DNA of 20,000 bases from Trichomonas gallinae (lineage: Eukaryota). A program made the position numbers and the translations under genes. The stretch covers positions 47,854 through 67,853 of the forward strand of contig MRSU01000590.1 in NCBI GenBank assembly GCA_008369845.1, given 5' to 3'. Under the pieces are notes generated by a model that saw only the letters and a list, made by a program, of their open reading frames with translations, did no database searches and was not told where the DNA came from. Positions 1-10,351 of the stretch are shown here, one piece after another. Positions within the stretch are counted from its first letter, which is position 1; the number at the start of each line of letters is the position of its first letter.

Positions 1-1
1 A

Positions 2-742
2 GAAAACCAAGAATTAGAAATTGAACTGCGAAATCTCGAATCATCTAATAATCTATCAAATCTGGATTCATTGATTGAAGAACTGTTGAAACAAAGGATT
101 TCTAAGTTAAATTCACAAATTAACACGATACAAGAGAATATTAAGGCAGCAAATGATAGATTGACAGAAAATAATCAGTCATTCATGCAGCAACAAAAAC
201 GTTTACAAGAAGAAGAAAATAAATTATCTGAATTATATTCACAGTCAACAATTTCAGATGGTTCGATCGGAAACAAGCAGCTTATAAAACAGAAACAATC
301 TCTTGAGAAGGAACTTCAACATTTATCGCAAAGATTAGAATCTTTAAAAAATGATACAAGTAATTTCAAAAAGACTTCAGAATCCCTTGTGATTGAGGAA
401 TTGTCGATCAGAGATCAAATAAGAAACCTAAAGAACGAAGGAAAAGATCTTGAACTAAATTTAGATTCTTTGCAATCGCAGACATCAATATATTCCAAAT
501 ATGGAGATGAGATTTTCAATCAAATCACGCAACATATTAACGAAGAATCGAATCAATTATCTTATTTGATTCGTACAAAGTCAGAACTAGAAGATGATAT
601 CATACCAGAATTGCAAGAAACATTGAAGATAACCAATAAAGAACTTTCACGCGTTTCAAAACAAATTAATGAGTTGAAACAAAAATATAATTCAGCTCGG
701 ATAGAACATTTAAAGAAGAACCTGCAAGAATTACTCGATTAA
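2..742 (+). CDS. Coiled-coil protein, C-terminal part (5' end outside window)
   Basis: Frame is open from base 2 (ENQELEIELRNLESSNNLSNLDSLIEELLKQ...), so the TTG at 71 is not the start. Continuous E/K/Q/L/N heptad-like composition to TAA at 740-742. Confidence 0.85.
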   Translation, partial: ENQELEIELRNLESSNNLSNLDSLIEELLKQRISKLNSQINTIQENIKAANDRLTENNQSFMQQQKRLQEEENKLSELYSQSTISDGSIGNKQLIKQKQSLEKELQHLSQRLESLKNDTSNFKKTSESLVIEELSIRDQIRNLKNEGKDLELNLDSLQSQTSIYSKYGDEIFNQITQHINEESNQLSYLIRTKSELEDDIIPELQETLKITNKELSRVSKQINELKQKYNSARIEHLKKNLQELLD

Positions 743-1359
743 TACTATTTGCTATAGTAAAATTTTTGTGATTTAGTGTCTTTTGATAAATTAGAGTTCA
801 GGTTAAAAAGAGTGTGTTGGCGACCCATAGTGAGAACTGGGTATCAAACCTAAATCAAACATTTTTACAGATATATAATATCATATGTAATGTTGAACAC
901 ATAAGATTTCGTTATTGGATTATTTGAAATTTTATTACATATTTTGCTTAAATTTGGTGAGTGTAATCTTTAGTGAGACAGTATCTATTAGAAATCAATA
1001 CATAACTTATTCAAAACATTATTTTTATGCTCAAGAAAACTGAAGTTTCTGTCACTTTACTTACAGAAGTGATTTTTCGTAATATTGCATAACTATGCAA
1101 TACTAATCATATGAAATTGAAAAGATGTCAAAAAGTAGCAGAAATTCCTTAAGAAAAGTGACTTTTAACGTGCTTGAGGGAGTCGGTTCTTCGCGTTTTA
1201 ACTTGGTAAATAGCATCTTATTCATATTTAGATCTCATCTTTGCCTTTTCATCGAAAAGTTTCGCCGATACACTTTAGAAAATTATTTTGATTTGTAAAC
1301 TATAAATTTGACGTTTGTCAAATATTTTGTGTCAGAAAATCTACTAACGTACAAAAATC

Positions 1360-4300
1360 ATGGGTGAGGGAGACCTCACGCCAGTTTTAGTTTACGAGTG
1401 CAATGACATTCCTATTGACTCCATTCCACTCGAAAACATAAAATACTTGGGTGTTTCTGTGATGAACTTGACAAATATTCAATTAGTTACGCAACTAAAA
1501 TCATTACAACTAGTCACGTTCAGACTATGCGCATTAACGCAGTTTCCTACCGAGCTTTGGCAACTTCCTCAACTCAGATCAATAGATATTTCAGGCAACG
1601 CAATTTCTCTATTACCAGAATCTCCGAAATGGGCAGAAATGATCGAACTCACAAGTTTTAATATATCCGAAAACAATATTAACGAACTCAGTGAGTTTAG
1701 AAACATTGTCGAAATCCCAAATCTCAAACAACTTAATTTTACAGGAAATGTTTGCCAAGGTGCCAATGATGCACAGAACAGGATCGTAAAAATCTTCCCA
1801 AAAATTGTTGTTGTCAATGAAACTATCATTTTAAGTCAACATCGTGGATATCTCGATGAAGTTGCGATATTTGATAATACATCCGTTCTTCCTTTATCTA
1901 AGACAGACGATTTCTTCTTCAATTATGTTAAATACATGCACGCAACAGGAATGGAAAGATATTTGCGAAGATTCAATGCTGAATGCTTCTGTTTGAATAA
2001 AGTTTTGCGCAAATACAGTGCTGCTGAAAAGATACAAAGCAATTTCAGAGGATTTATTCAAAGAAAAATCTACATAAAAATGCGAGAATGCGCAATCGTC
2101 ATCCAATACCATATTCACAAATGGTATAAGAAACGTCTCGAGTCAGCTAACGTTATCAAGCGTGCGTTCTTGCATTTCTTGACAAAACAAAAAATTAAAT
2201 TAATTAAAGCTGCAAGAGTCATCCAATCTCGCTGGCGTGCTAAGCAGGTCGCAGAGCTCGCGTTGATTGAGCTATTTTCATCAAATGACAGAATTGAATT
2301 TTTTGTTACTCCTCATGATGCAAAATTCCTTGAAGACTTTTGCAGAGAAAAGCAGTTCGCTAATCCTTCATTTATTCACACGCGTGAATACAAACTTCTT
2401 CGCCAAACTGAGCCAACAAAATTAATTCTGCCAGGAAGTCCAATCGTTTATTACTCGCTTGACAACAGTCTCGTTATCAGACACATGAACAAGACTCGCA
2501 ATATTTCGCTTGATAAAACGATTTGGTGCAATCATGATCATAATCACATGAAAATGAAGATGATGGTTAATCAGCACGGCTTCAACTTCACTAGCTTATG
2601 TCCATTCGCAACTTTGTCGCCTTCAAAATACAGAAAACCGTTAAAGAAAATTAATGCGGTCGACAAAAGCCAGTATTTGATATTATGTTACTTCGAGAAG
2701 CTCTCTGACTTCATGCAGATATTCCACACACTTCACATCAACGACAACCACGGCGTTAGATTCATTCCGATAAGAAATGTGCCAACGATCGCATCTACTG
2801 TTTGCATTCAGTCATCGATGAGAACATTTATCACTCGCATGCACAAATTCCACCAGATCAGGCAGGATGTCTTGCACAAGAGAGCGCTGCAAACAATCCG
2901 TTGTTTCGTCGGCTTAATGAGGATGAAGAAGATCATGGATGGAGTAAAAAGAACTCATTATTTCCGAGAGAAAATCACGAAATTAAGCTATTTTTATGTC
3001 CGTGATACTTTTCTCAGGGAACTGTTTTACATGAAGCCAATCATTCCTTTGCACTTCGGATATTCTACGGACAGAGAGATTGTCCTCAAAGACGGAAACT
3101 CGCCGATATTAAACGCGTTTTTGCCACACGACAATTCTGATGTCAAAGAAGCTGATTTGAGCTCCGTCTTGAAATTCGGCGCCAGTGTTTCACAAGCGAG
3201 AACCACTTATTTCGCTGACCCTCAGATGATCAACGACAAGTTCTTGAGGAGATACGGATTCCACAGAGTTTCATTCGCTACAGCAGAAGAAGCAGCACAC
3301 AGAGCAATTTTGCTCAGCTGGGTCGCGACTAAAAGAGACTGGTGCTACTTTGAAGAAGACATCGTCGACTTCTGCGCGGCAACAAAAATCAAAAACGCGT
3401 GGATCGGGCACACGACTAGGAGAATTATTTTCCACATGGCAGCGCAGCAAGGAAAGAAGATCAACGTCCAAGCTTTCATTTACAGGCCAGTCGATTATAG
3501 GCTTAAAATGCAGCTGATGCAGGAAGATCAGAACAAGAGGAAGAAGCCTGTTTCAACAGATATCAATGTTGAAGAGCAAATCGACATCTTGAGAGGTGTC
3601 TATCAGCCGTGGAAGTATGTCTTCGATCAGTACAAGAAAGATTACGGAATGGAATTGGTCGGAATGCCAGAGAAACCAAAACGCAGGGAAAAAGAATTGA
3701 CGTCTTCAATGAGATTGATGGGAACAATCAACGAACTGCTTCCACCCGAACCGGAGCCTGAACCAGAGCTTACAATTCCTTCTCCAAAGATGACAGCACT
3801 CAACACAACACCAAGAACTTCCACACCACTCTCTCCTGATCAATCTAAAATCATGATCACTCCTGTCAGATCTGCCAACTCTCCACTTTTCGAAACGAGA
3901 CCTAAAACAGGCTCAATCAAGCCGTCAACACTCAAGCGCATTGTTGGTTTCGACAGCTCTCAGTCCATAACAGCAAACAGCTTTGGAGGAGCACCAGTTG
4001 AGAAACTCATCGAAAAGTCTACATCGGTAACTTTCGAAAGAACTCCTTCTCCTTCGCAACAAATTAAAACATCGCAATCAACAATTGTTGATCCAAGTCC
4101 TTTCCCAGAACGTGCGAATACATCATTGCAAAACAGCAGAAAAGCATCTCTTTCTAATCAAACATCACAAATCATTGCAAAACCGATCTTGAAAATCCCT
4201 ATTACTCAAATGCAGCAAGTTCCAACGCCAACGAACAGTTCATACAACAAACCAAAATCAGCAAACAATACTTTGGCTCCATTGAAAGATGTAAAGTCAG

Positions 4301-5139
4301 CTCAGAGATCAGATTATACTGCAAGAGAACACACGGCAGAAGTTTTCGGCAGACTTTCTCAACTTCTTAAAGTTACTGATGCTGTTCACCAAGCTGCAAT
4401 TCATGACACAACGCTTGAAGAAAAGCGTGCGAATACAACTGCAGCGAGAAACAAGATCGTCCAAGGATATGCAAATACTCACAAAATGCTTGAACAAAAT
4501 GCCAGCGACAGTCATTCGCGAGCCAAAATCGAAAGAGAAGAGAGACTCAATGAAGCCGAGAAAGTCAAGAAGAAAGCAATGGAACAGAAAGTCACTGCTG
4601 CAAGACAAGTCAGAAAAGATCACGCAACACGTCGTGAGAATGTTATGGTCACAACAATTTTCGCTCAAAACTTTGTTTCTACGACACATCAACTTGCTTC
4701 TCGTGTTGAAGGAAGAATATTGAAGGCGAACAAACGCAAAGAGCGTGAACTTGTTCAGACACAGATGGCTGCTGTTAGAGAACAAGAGAAACTCGACAGG
4801 CAGGAATACAAGGAAATCGTTAAAGAAATGAAGGAGTCCAAACTTGAAATGGCGAAATATGACAGAGATTTGTACTTGGAGGAGAAGAAACAGCGGGAGA
4901 AAGGCCTCGAAGACAAGAAGGAGAGACTCGCGACAGCAAAGAGTGCATTGAAGCAGGCAACATTGACAAGATCTCTCAATGCAACACAGAAGCCTTACAT
5001 TCCGCCAGACAAAATCGAAACTGCTGTTTTCGATGATGTCGAGTTGATGGCTGCTGAAGCACCAAAACTTATTGGAGCAAATGTTGGAACTCATGAATCA
5101 CACTTATTATCAGAGTTAATGAGCTCCGCTATGAATTAA
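1360..5139 (+). CDS. Leucine-rich-repeat + multiple IQ (calmodulin-binding) motif protein with Pro/Ser-rich linker and C-terminal charged coiled coil (LRRIQ-like architecture)
   Basis: 1259-aa ORF. N-terminal LRRs (LPQLRSIDISGNAIS, LTSFNISENNI, IPNLKQLNFTGN). IQ motifs AAEKIQSNFRGFIQRK, AARVIQSRWRAK, STVCIQSSMRTFITR plus degenerate copies. S/T/P-rich linker and E/K/R-rich helical tail. Confidence 0.9.
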   Translation: MGEGDLTPVLVYECNDIPIDSIPLENIKYLGVSVMNLTNIQLVTQLKSLQLVTFRLCALTQFPTELWQLPQLRSIDISGNAISLLPESPKWAEMIELTSFNISENNINELSEFRNIVEIPNLKQLNFTGNVCQGANDAQNRIVKIFPKIVVVNETIILSQHRGYLDEVAIFDNTSVLPLSKTDDFFFNYVKYMHATGMERYLRRFNAECFCLNKVLRKYSAAEKIQSNFRGFIQRKIYIKMRECAIVIQYHIHKWYKKRLESANVIKRAFLHFLTKQKIKLIKAARVIQSRWRAKQVAELALIELFSSNDRIEFFVTPHDAKFLEDFCREKQFANPSFIHTREYKLLRQTEPTKLILPGSPIVYYSLDNSLVIRHMNKTRNISLDKTIWCNHDHNHMKMKMMVNQHGFNFTSLCPFATLSPSKYRKPLKKINAVDKSQYLILCYFEKLSDFMQIFHTLHINDNHGVRFIPIRNVPTIASTVCIQSSMRTFITRMHKFHQIRQDVLHKRALQTIRCFVGLMRMKKIMDGVKRTHYFREKITKLSYFYVRDTFLRELFYMKPIIPLHFGYSTDREIVLKDGNSPILNAFLPHDNSDVKEADLSSVLKFGASVSQARTTYFADPQMINDKFLRRYGFHRVSFATAEEAAHRAILLSWVATKRDWCYFEEDIVDFCAATKIKNAWIGHTTRRIIFHMAAQQGKKINVQAFIYRPVDYRLKMQLMQEDQNKRKKPVSTDINVEEQIDILRGVYQPWKYVFDQYKKDYGMELVGMPEKPKRREKELTSSMRLMGTINELLPPEPEPEPELTIPSPKMTALNTTPRTSTPLSPDQSKIMITPVRSANSPLFETRPKTGSIKPSTLKRIVGFDSSQSITANSFGGAPVEKLIEKSTSVTFERTPSPSQQIKTSQSTIVDPSPFPERANTSLQNSRKASLSNQTSQIIAKPILKIPITQMQQVPTPTNSSYNKPKSANNTLAPLKDVKSAQRSDYTAREHTAEVFGRLSQLLKVTDAVHQAAIHDTTLEEKRANTTAARNKIVQGYANTHKMLEQNASDSHSRAKIEREERLNEAEKVKKKAMEQKVTAARQVRKDHATRRENVMVTTIFAQNFVSTTHQLASRVEGRILKANKRKERELVQTQMAAVREQEKLDRQEYKEIVKEMKESKLEMAKYDRDLYLEEKKQREKGLEDKKERLATAKSALKQATLTRSLNATQKPYIPPDKIETAVFDDVELMAAEAPKLIGANVGTHESHLLSELMSSAMN

Positions 5140-5140
5140 A
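5137..5140 (+). other. TAAA polyadenylation signal overlapping the stop codon
   Basis: Stop TAA followed by A, then T-rich downstream sequence. Matches the trichomonad UAAA signal that often includes the stop codon. The same arrangement occurs at the end of the 12098-13144 gene. Confidence 0.55.
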
Positions 5141-5316
5141 TAATATGTTTGTATTTTTTTCAAATAAATTATTTTTTGACAAAGGTATGATATTTACTCC
5201 ATCCATTAATATATTGTGGAGTAAAATTTTCATTTTGATATCTATTTTATGCCTGAAATATAAATAGTTTGACATAGTATTAATAAAAGAAGTTTTCAAA
5301 ATGGATTCAACGTCCT

Positions 5317-5904
5317 TTAATGTTTGAATGTTGAAGGTAAAGTTATAGTTTCAAATGAATTTGAATAAAATGCTCTGTATACAATTATCTCGAGTCCTTC
5401 AGGAAGAATCATAATTTGAGGGGCAGAATTCAAGAAAACAGAATTACTTATTATCTTAAGTTTAGTAAGTTGTGAAATATTTAATTCAGAAAATCCGTTG
5501 TTGCAAAATGTATATTTATCAATCGATTTAACGCTAGAAGGTAATTTCAAATATTTAGTTTGCAAACATCCTTGAAACGCTCTTACTCCAATTGATTAAT
5601 CAATTTTGAACAATTTGACAAGTCAATAAATTTCAAATTTTGACAATATTCAAAAGCTGATTCTTCAATTGACCTCAATTTAGGGTTTAGTCTAAATGAA
5701 AATGTTTTTAGTTTTTTCGTGCAAAATTCAAAACTGTAAGAGTCAATAATTGTGATATCACTGTCAATTATAACTTGAGATTCGCATGCATAAATATCAT
5801 CAGATGAAAATATACGCTCACGTATTAGAATCAATAATATGAACTATAGTCAGAAAAACGATTAGATTTCAAATAATATTCAATAATATAAAAATGCTTG
5901 ATAT
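5317..5904 (-). pseudogene. BspA-like (TpLRR) surface-protein pseudogene
   Basis: TpLRR repeats (LRSIEESAFEYCQNLKFIDLSNCSKL; LPSSVKSIDKYTF; LPEGLEIIVYRAF). The two ORF-track pieces join via a 1-nt deletion at 5596-5597, restoring ..SKLI-x-SIGVRAFQGCLQTKYLKLP. Likely second deletion near 5327 (LPST-L-QTL). 5' end has Inr TCATT (5913-5909), then ATA (5904) rather than ATG, leading a hydrophobic ISSIFILLNII and a stop. Confidence 0.85.
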
Positions 5905-6793
5905 TCAAAATGAATAACGTATTGTATTGATAATTTGCATTTGCTATATTAGCAAAAGTCGAAAACTTAGTAATACTAAATCATTGATGTCCTTCGTTAA
6001 AGAATATGCTAATGCAATTCAAAAATTGACACTTTTTGTCAACCCGATTCAACTGTCACTTTTCAAAAAAATTAACCTTCGTAATTTTATATTTGCTTGA
6101 ACAATATCACAGCAATAAAAAATACCTTTTCTTCAATAATTAAGAAGCATCATTGCATATATTTTTCTTGACTCAGAATGTGAAAAAATCATCTCAGATT
6201 ATTAGAATGCTTCGATGCTTCAAAAATACTATTAAAGAAAATCCATCAATTTCTTCAGGAATAAAAAAACAAAAAGTCATAATAATTAATAATTTTTTGC
6301 TATAGTTTTCAAAACTCATGCTTCAATGATAGAATATTAATTAAAACCTAATTCAATGTTAATATGAACCTGATTACAATTGAGAAATTATTATTAGAAA
6401 TCACGTTCAATAACTGAATTTTATAAATATGTATGAACTAAGAAATACATTCATTGATATTCTATTTCCATAATATAATTTTTTTGATAATGCACGAATT
6501 AGTTAACCTTTCATGTTTCCTTCTTAATTAGCCCAAATAATGCTTATAATTCAATGATATTAACAATTATGAATCTTAATATCTTTCTTTTCAAGAGATT
6601 TAATCGCATATATATAACACTTTGTCGTGCGTTTGTTCTACCAATTCCATTTAAGGCTAAACATTTTCGATCATATTTCATCGATTTATTTTTTTGACAA
6701 AGTATTTATTTTAATTTGGTATCGATTATTGAAATAAATAAACTAAGCAAAAATATTACTGTTACATTAAAAAAATTTGAAAAGTAAAAACAT

Positions 6794-6802
6794 ATAACGA
6801 TA
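6794..6802 (+). promoter_or_regulatory. Myb recognition element-like site ATAACGATA (MRE-1/MRE-2r type)
   Basis: Exact match to the ANAACGATA consensus known from the T. vaginalis ap65-1 promoter, 12 nt upstream of the Myb-gene ATG. Confidence 0.45.
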
Positions 6803-6814
6803 ACTAGATTTTGA

Positions 6815-9520
6815 ATGGAGATTCGCTTTCTACTCACAGATAGTGAAAGTATGCTCCTTCAAATAGATAAACTAGCCCTATGCAGTGGAGTCAAAGCACT
6901 TTTAGCGGCAAAGTTAAAATGCTCAATAGATATTATCAAATTATTCTACGATGATAAGGAAATCTTCGATACCACCAATATATATAGCTTACAAATACCA
7001 CCAGACAAGTTTATAACTGTTAAAAAACTCGAAGAAAAAAATATACAAAATAATAATATTGTTACAGTCCCAAAATTTCATCCAATTAGCAGACCTTCGT
7101 CTAGATCTTCCATAAATACATCAATACCTAAGCGTAAATATAGAAGCGATCCTCAAGATTTTGCCGAAAAAGTTAAATTCATCGAAAATATGGGATATTC
7201 ACACTTTATAGCTAAGCAAATGTTAAGAATCAACGAATACAATACAGATAAAGTTCTTAATCAACTTAAATTTGATAATTTATCTCGAAAAGCATTATTT
7301 GCACAATTAAAGCAAGAAAATACGGAAAATAACGAGAATAAAACAACTATAGTCGACAATCCAGAACTAATCCGTAAAGTAAATCAAATTAATAACGAAT
7401 TGAGATTAGAAAAAAATAATTTCTATAGGAAAGACCCATATTTGCTTTTAGATTCGATTTGTGATAAGAAGGATCCTGTTATAATCCAAGAAGATAAGCA
7501 AACAGAAGAACCTGCAAAACATTCGAGTAATCTTCGCGCAAAAAGATGGTCATATGAAGAAGAAGAGATGTTAGTTTCTAAATATGCCGAACTAGGACCG
7601 AACTGGAATACTATTGCTGAGTTTATCCCAGGAAGAACAAGTTCTGCAATTATGCAACACTATACTATCCATTCTCGCCATTTAATGTCCATCAAGCCAA
7701 AGCCAGGCCTCAAAGCACCAATCCAACAAGCTGCTCCAGCTTTGCCTAAATCACAGAGTAGCAATTTTCCAACACAACCAAATTTTGATATGACCTTTGA
7801 CCCAAATGACAATGATTTTTTGTTTGAAGTCTGGAAAGTCTATCAGAACGACTGGGAAGCAATAGCATGCGCATTACCACAATACACTGCTAATTTTTTG
7901 TATTATTATTGGACCAATACTTTGTATCCACAGCTTTTATTTGATAACAAAATTCCGCACGATTTAATAATGAATAATGATGAAATGTCATACAGAACAC
8001 CAATGAATTCGAGGAAGAAAGTTAGACCACAGATTATAACTACCCCACAGTCTACTCCTCCAGCAGAAGAGAACACACAGCAACCTCAACAACCGCAAGA
8101 AAATGATACTGATAATGGAAATGAGTCCAAATCGAGAAATTATTGGACACAAGAAGAAGAAAGCATCGTAATAGACATGAAAATGAAAGGAGCGACATTT
8201 GAAGAAATAGCTGAAATGCTGCCGAATAGGACATCAAACACAATCTCAACAAGGTGGTACACAAAACTTCAGAAAATTGCAACAAATTCTACACCTTTGT
8301 CTGAAAACGATAAACAGCCGTCTGACAACGACTACGAGGAAGAAATGGATGAAATCGCAGCGAATGAACAAGCATTTGCTGGCCTAGTTAAAAGACAGTG
8401 GACAGCTAAAGAAGACGAGTTATTAATGCAGCTGTATCAAGAGCATCATACAAACTGGGAAAAAATCAACACTTTCTTCCAAAACAGGACGCCAGCTGCC
8501 TGTAGAATGCATTGGTACTTCTTGAGAAATAATGGAAACAATGGTGGCAACCCAGCGAACGAGGCAAAGAATAGCGATGAAGAATACAATGAAGGAACAA
8601 ACACAGAGAAAGATTTCAAGAGAACATATAACTCATGGACAGAAGAAGAAGACAAGAAACTCATCGCTGCTTTAGAAAGGAAAGCGAGCTGGCGAGAAAT
8701 ATTTGCGATGTTCCCAGATAGAAAGGATACATCTATTAGAACACACTGTCAATGCACACTAAAGAAGAAAATCAAGAACTTAAATCTGCCGTCAACAGGA
8801 CAAAGGCCATGGACTGCTGACGAAGATAAGCGTATCATCGAAATGAGAACAGCGGGAAGAAGCTGGCAGGAAATTTTGCAGACGTTGAGTGGAAGAACAC
8901 AAAACGCTTTGGTTTCTCGATGGAATGTTAAACTGAAATATTTGGCTGATAACAAAGATAAACCGAAACTCAAGAATGTTTCATTTTCTAAGCGAGAAGA
9001 AAACATGATACTAAGCAAGAAGAGAGAAGGTTTGTCTTGGGAAAATATTGCTGCTCTGTTTCCTCCTAAAAAGGCTCCACACGTCAAAACATATTACGAC
9101 CATTATTTAAGAGGCGAAGTTGATGATGGATCAGCGCACGAAAGCGAGAATGATGATAGAAACGATCTGGACGAGTTAAACCATGATGATTCTGCTGACA
9201 AGAATGAGTGGACGCCAGCTGAAGACCAGATAATCATTGAAGAATTAAACAAGAAAACTCTTGGTTCTGACATCGTTAAACTTTTCCCTGAGAAAGCGAA
9301 AATTGATGTCTACAGGAGAATTGAGACTCTCAAAGAGACGTTCAACTTGAATAAGAAGCCAGGAGATGAACAGAGCAGCTGGACAGAACAAGAAGATGCA
9401 ATTATTTTGACAAAGATGAATGATAACATTCCAGCACAAGTTATTGCTGATTCTTTGCCAGGTAGATCAGCAGCTATGATTACGGAAAGATACAACCAAC
9501 TTATTAAGAAGGATATTTAA
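6815..9520 (+). CDS. Multi-repeat Myb/SANT-domain protein with N-terminal ubiquitin-like and UBA-like domains
   Basis: 901 aa. About nine W(T/S)xEEDxxL...W..IA..LPGR(T/S) repeats (RWSYEEE, FDPNDND, YWTQEEE, QWTAKED, SWTEEED, PWTADED, FSKREEN, EWTPAED, SWTEQED). First ~72 aa fit a ubiquitin fold (IKLFYDDKEIFD...I.V). FIENMGYSHFIAKQMLRINEYNTDKVLNQL fits the UBA MG(F/Y) pattern. Confidence 0.9.
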   Translation: MEIRFLLTDSESMLLQIDKLALCSGVKALLAAKLKCSIDIIKLFYDDKEIFDTTNIYSLQIPPDKFITVKKLEEKNIQNNNIVTVPKFHPISRPSSRSSINTSIPKRKYRSDPQDFAEKVKFIENMGYSHFIAKQMLRINEYNTDKVLNQLKFDNLSRKALFAQLKQENTENNENKTTIVDNPELIRKVNQINNELRLEKNNFYRKDPYLLLDSICDKKDPVIIQEDKQTEEPAKHSSNLRAKRWSYEEEEMLVSKYAELGPNWNTIAEFIPGRTSSAIMQHYTIHSRHLMSIKPKPGLKAPIQQAAPALPKSQSSNFPTQPNFDMTFDPNDNDFLFEVWKVYQNDWEAIACALPQYTANFLYYYWTNTLYPQLLFDNKIPHDLIMNNDEMSYRTPMNSRKKVRPQIITTPQSTPPAEENTQQPQQPQENDTDNGNESKSRNYWTQEEESIVIDMKMKGATFEEIAEMLPNRTSNTISTRWYTKLQKIATNSTPLSENDKQPSDNDYEEEMDEIAANEQAFAGLVKRQWTAKEDELLMQLYQEHHTNWEKINTFFQNRTPAACRMHWYFLRNNGNNGGNPANEAKNSDEEYNEGTNTEKDFKRTYNSWTEEEDKKLIAALERKASWREIFAMFPDRKDTSIRTHCQCTLKKKIKNLNLPSTGQRPWTADEDKRIIEMRTAGRSWQEILQTLSGRTQNALVSRWNVKLKYLADNKDKPKLKNVSFSKREENMILSKKREGLSWENIAALFPPKKAPHVKTYYDHYLRGEVDDGSAHESENDDRNDLDELNHDDSADKNEWTPAEDQIIIEELNKKTLGSDIVKLFPEKAKIDVYRRIETLKETFNLNKKPGDEQSSWTEQEDAIILTKMNDNIPAQVIADSLPGRSAAMITERYNQLIKKDI

Positions 9521-9612
9521 TTTATTTTTATTTGTTTTTTGTTATTTTAAATAGATTTGGAAATTTCGAATATATTTTTCAGTACAAAAACTATCATATA
9601 CTAACTCTCTAT

Positions 9613-10017
9613 ATGTATTTAAACATATCAAATTTGAATTAATTCGTTTTTCAAGACTATTTTTATACATCAACAATTATTTTATCAAAAATAATACAAG
9701 TATATGATACACAAATTTCTTTAATCAGCAAACTGCAAATTCTAAAAAATATTCATGCTGAAATTCTGAATGTTGAAGTAGATTCATGTTATTTATCAGC
9801 ATATTATAATCATTATATGATTGTAATAGAAAATAAAACTGAAATTAAATTTCTCCATAATTGTGGAAAAAAGAGATTTGAGAAAGATTGCAATAATTTT
9901 AATAATATCTATCAGATGATGATTATATATGAGTCATTAACATGACTAGAATTCATCTTTTCTTCTGGAAATGGAATTAATGCTTATGATAATTTATATT
10001 TCGTAAGGATAAATTAA
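9613..10017 (+). pseudogene. Probable degraded gene remnant of unknown family (absent from ORF track)
   Basis: TCATA at 9594-9598, ATG at 9613 and TAA at codon 10 (9640-9642). Then 100 stop-free codons (9643-9942) in very AT-rich DNA, TGA at 9943-9945, and the same frame continues LEFIFSSGNGINAYDNLYFVRIN to TAA at 10015-10017. Confidence 0.45.
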
Positions 10018-10351
10018 TTACATTCAATCTATAGATAGATTTTATAGACTTGAAAATCAATTTAATTCTTTATATAAATTAACCTTATTTACAAAATAAA
10101 ATTAACGTACATTTTTTGATGTTACATGACAATCGTCCATTAAACTAATTATATACTGATAAACAAATATATCAGGCTGTTGCTAATTTTTAGGCTTAAA
10201 AACTCTATAATTTGCCAAAAAGATTTCTCAAAACACAAAATAACCTAATCATTTATTGGCAAAAAGTGAAATATACAATATAATCATTCTATATTTTAAA
10301 TATTGGTAATTTTTTTCGATAAAAAAAATTTTTTTTTTCAACCAAAAATTA

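Noticed and set aside
1343..1360. ACTAAC branch-point-like hexamer upstream of the LRR-IQ ATG
   Set aside because: No AG at the fixed short distance downstream. Better read as part of a TAACG site.
4309..5094. 261-aa antisense ORF and other short ORFs nested in the long genes
   Set aside because: Shadow frames of codon-biased or coiled-coil coding sequence, with F/L/S-rich translations and no motifs.
10309..10340. T-run/A8/T10 quasi-palindrome upstream of the DENN gene
   Set aside because: Low-complexity tract expected in very AT-rich promoters.
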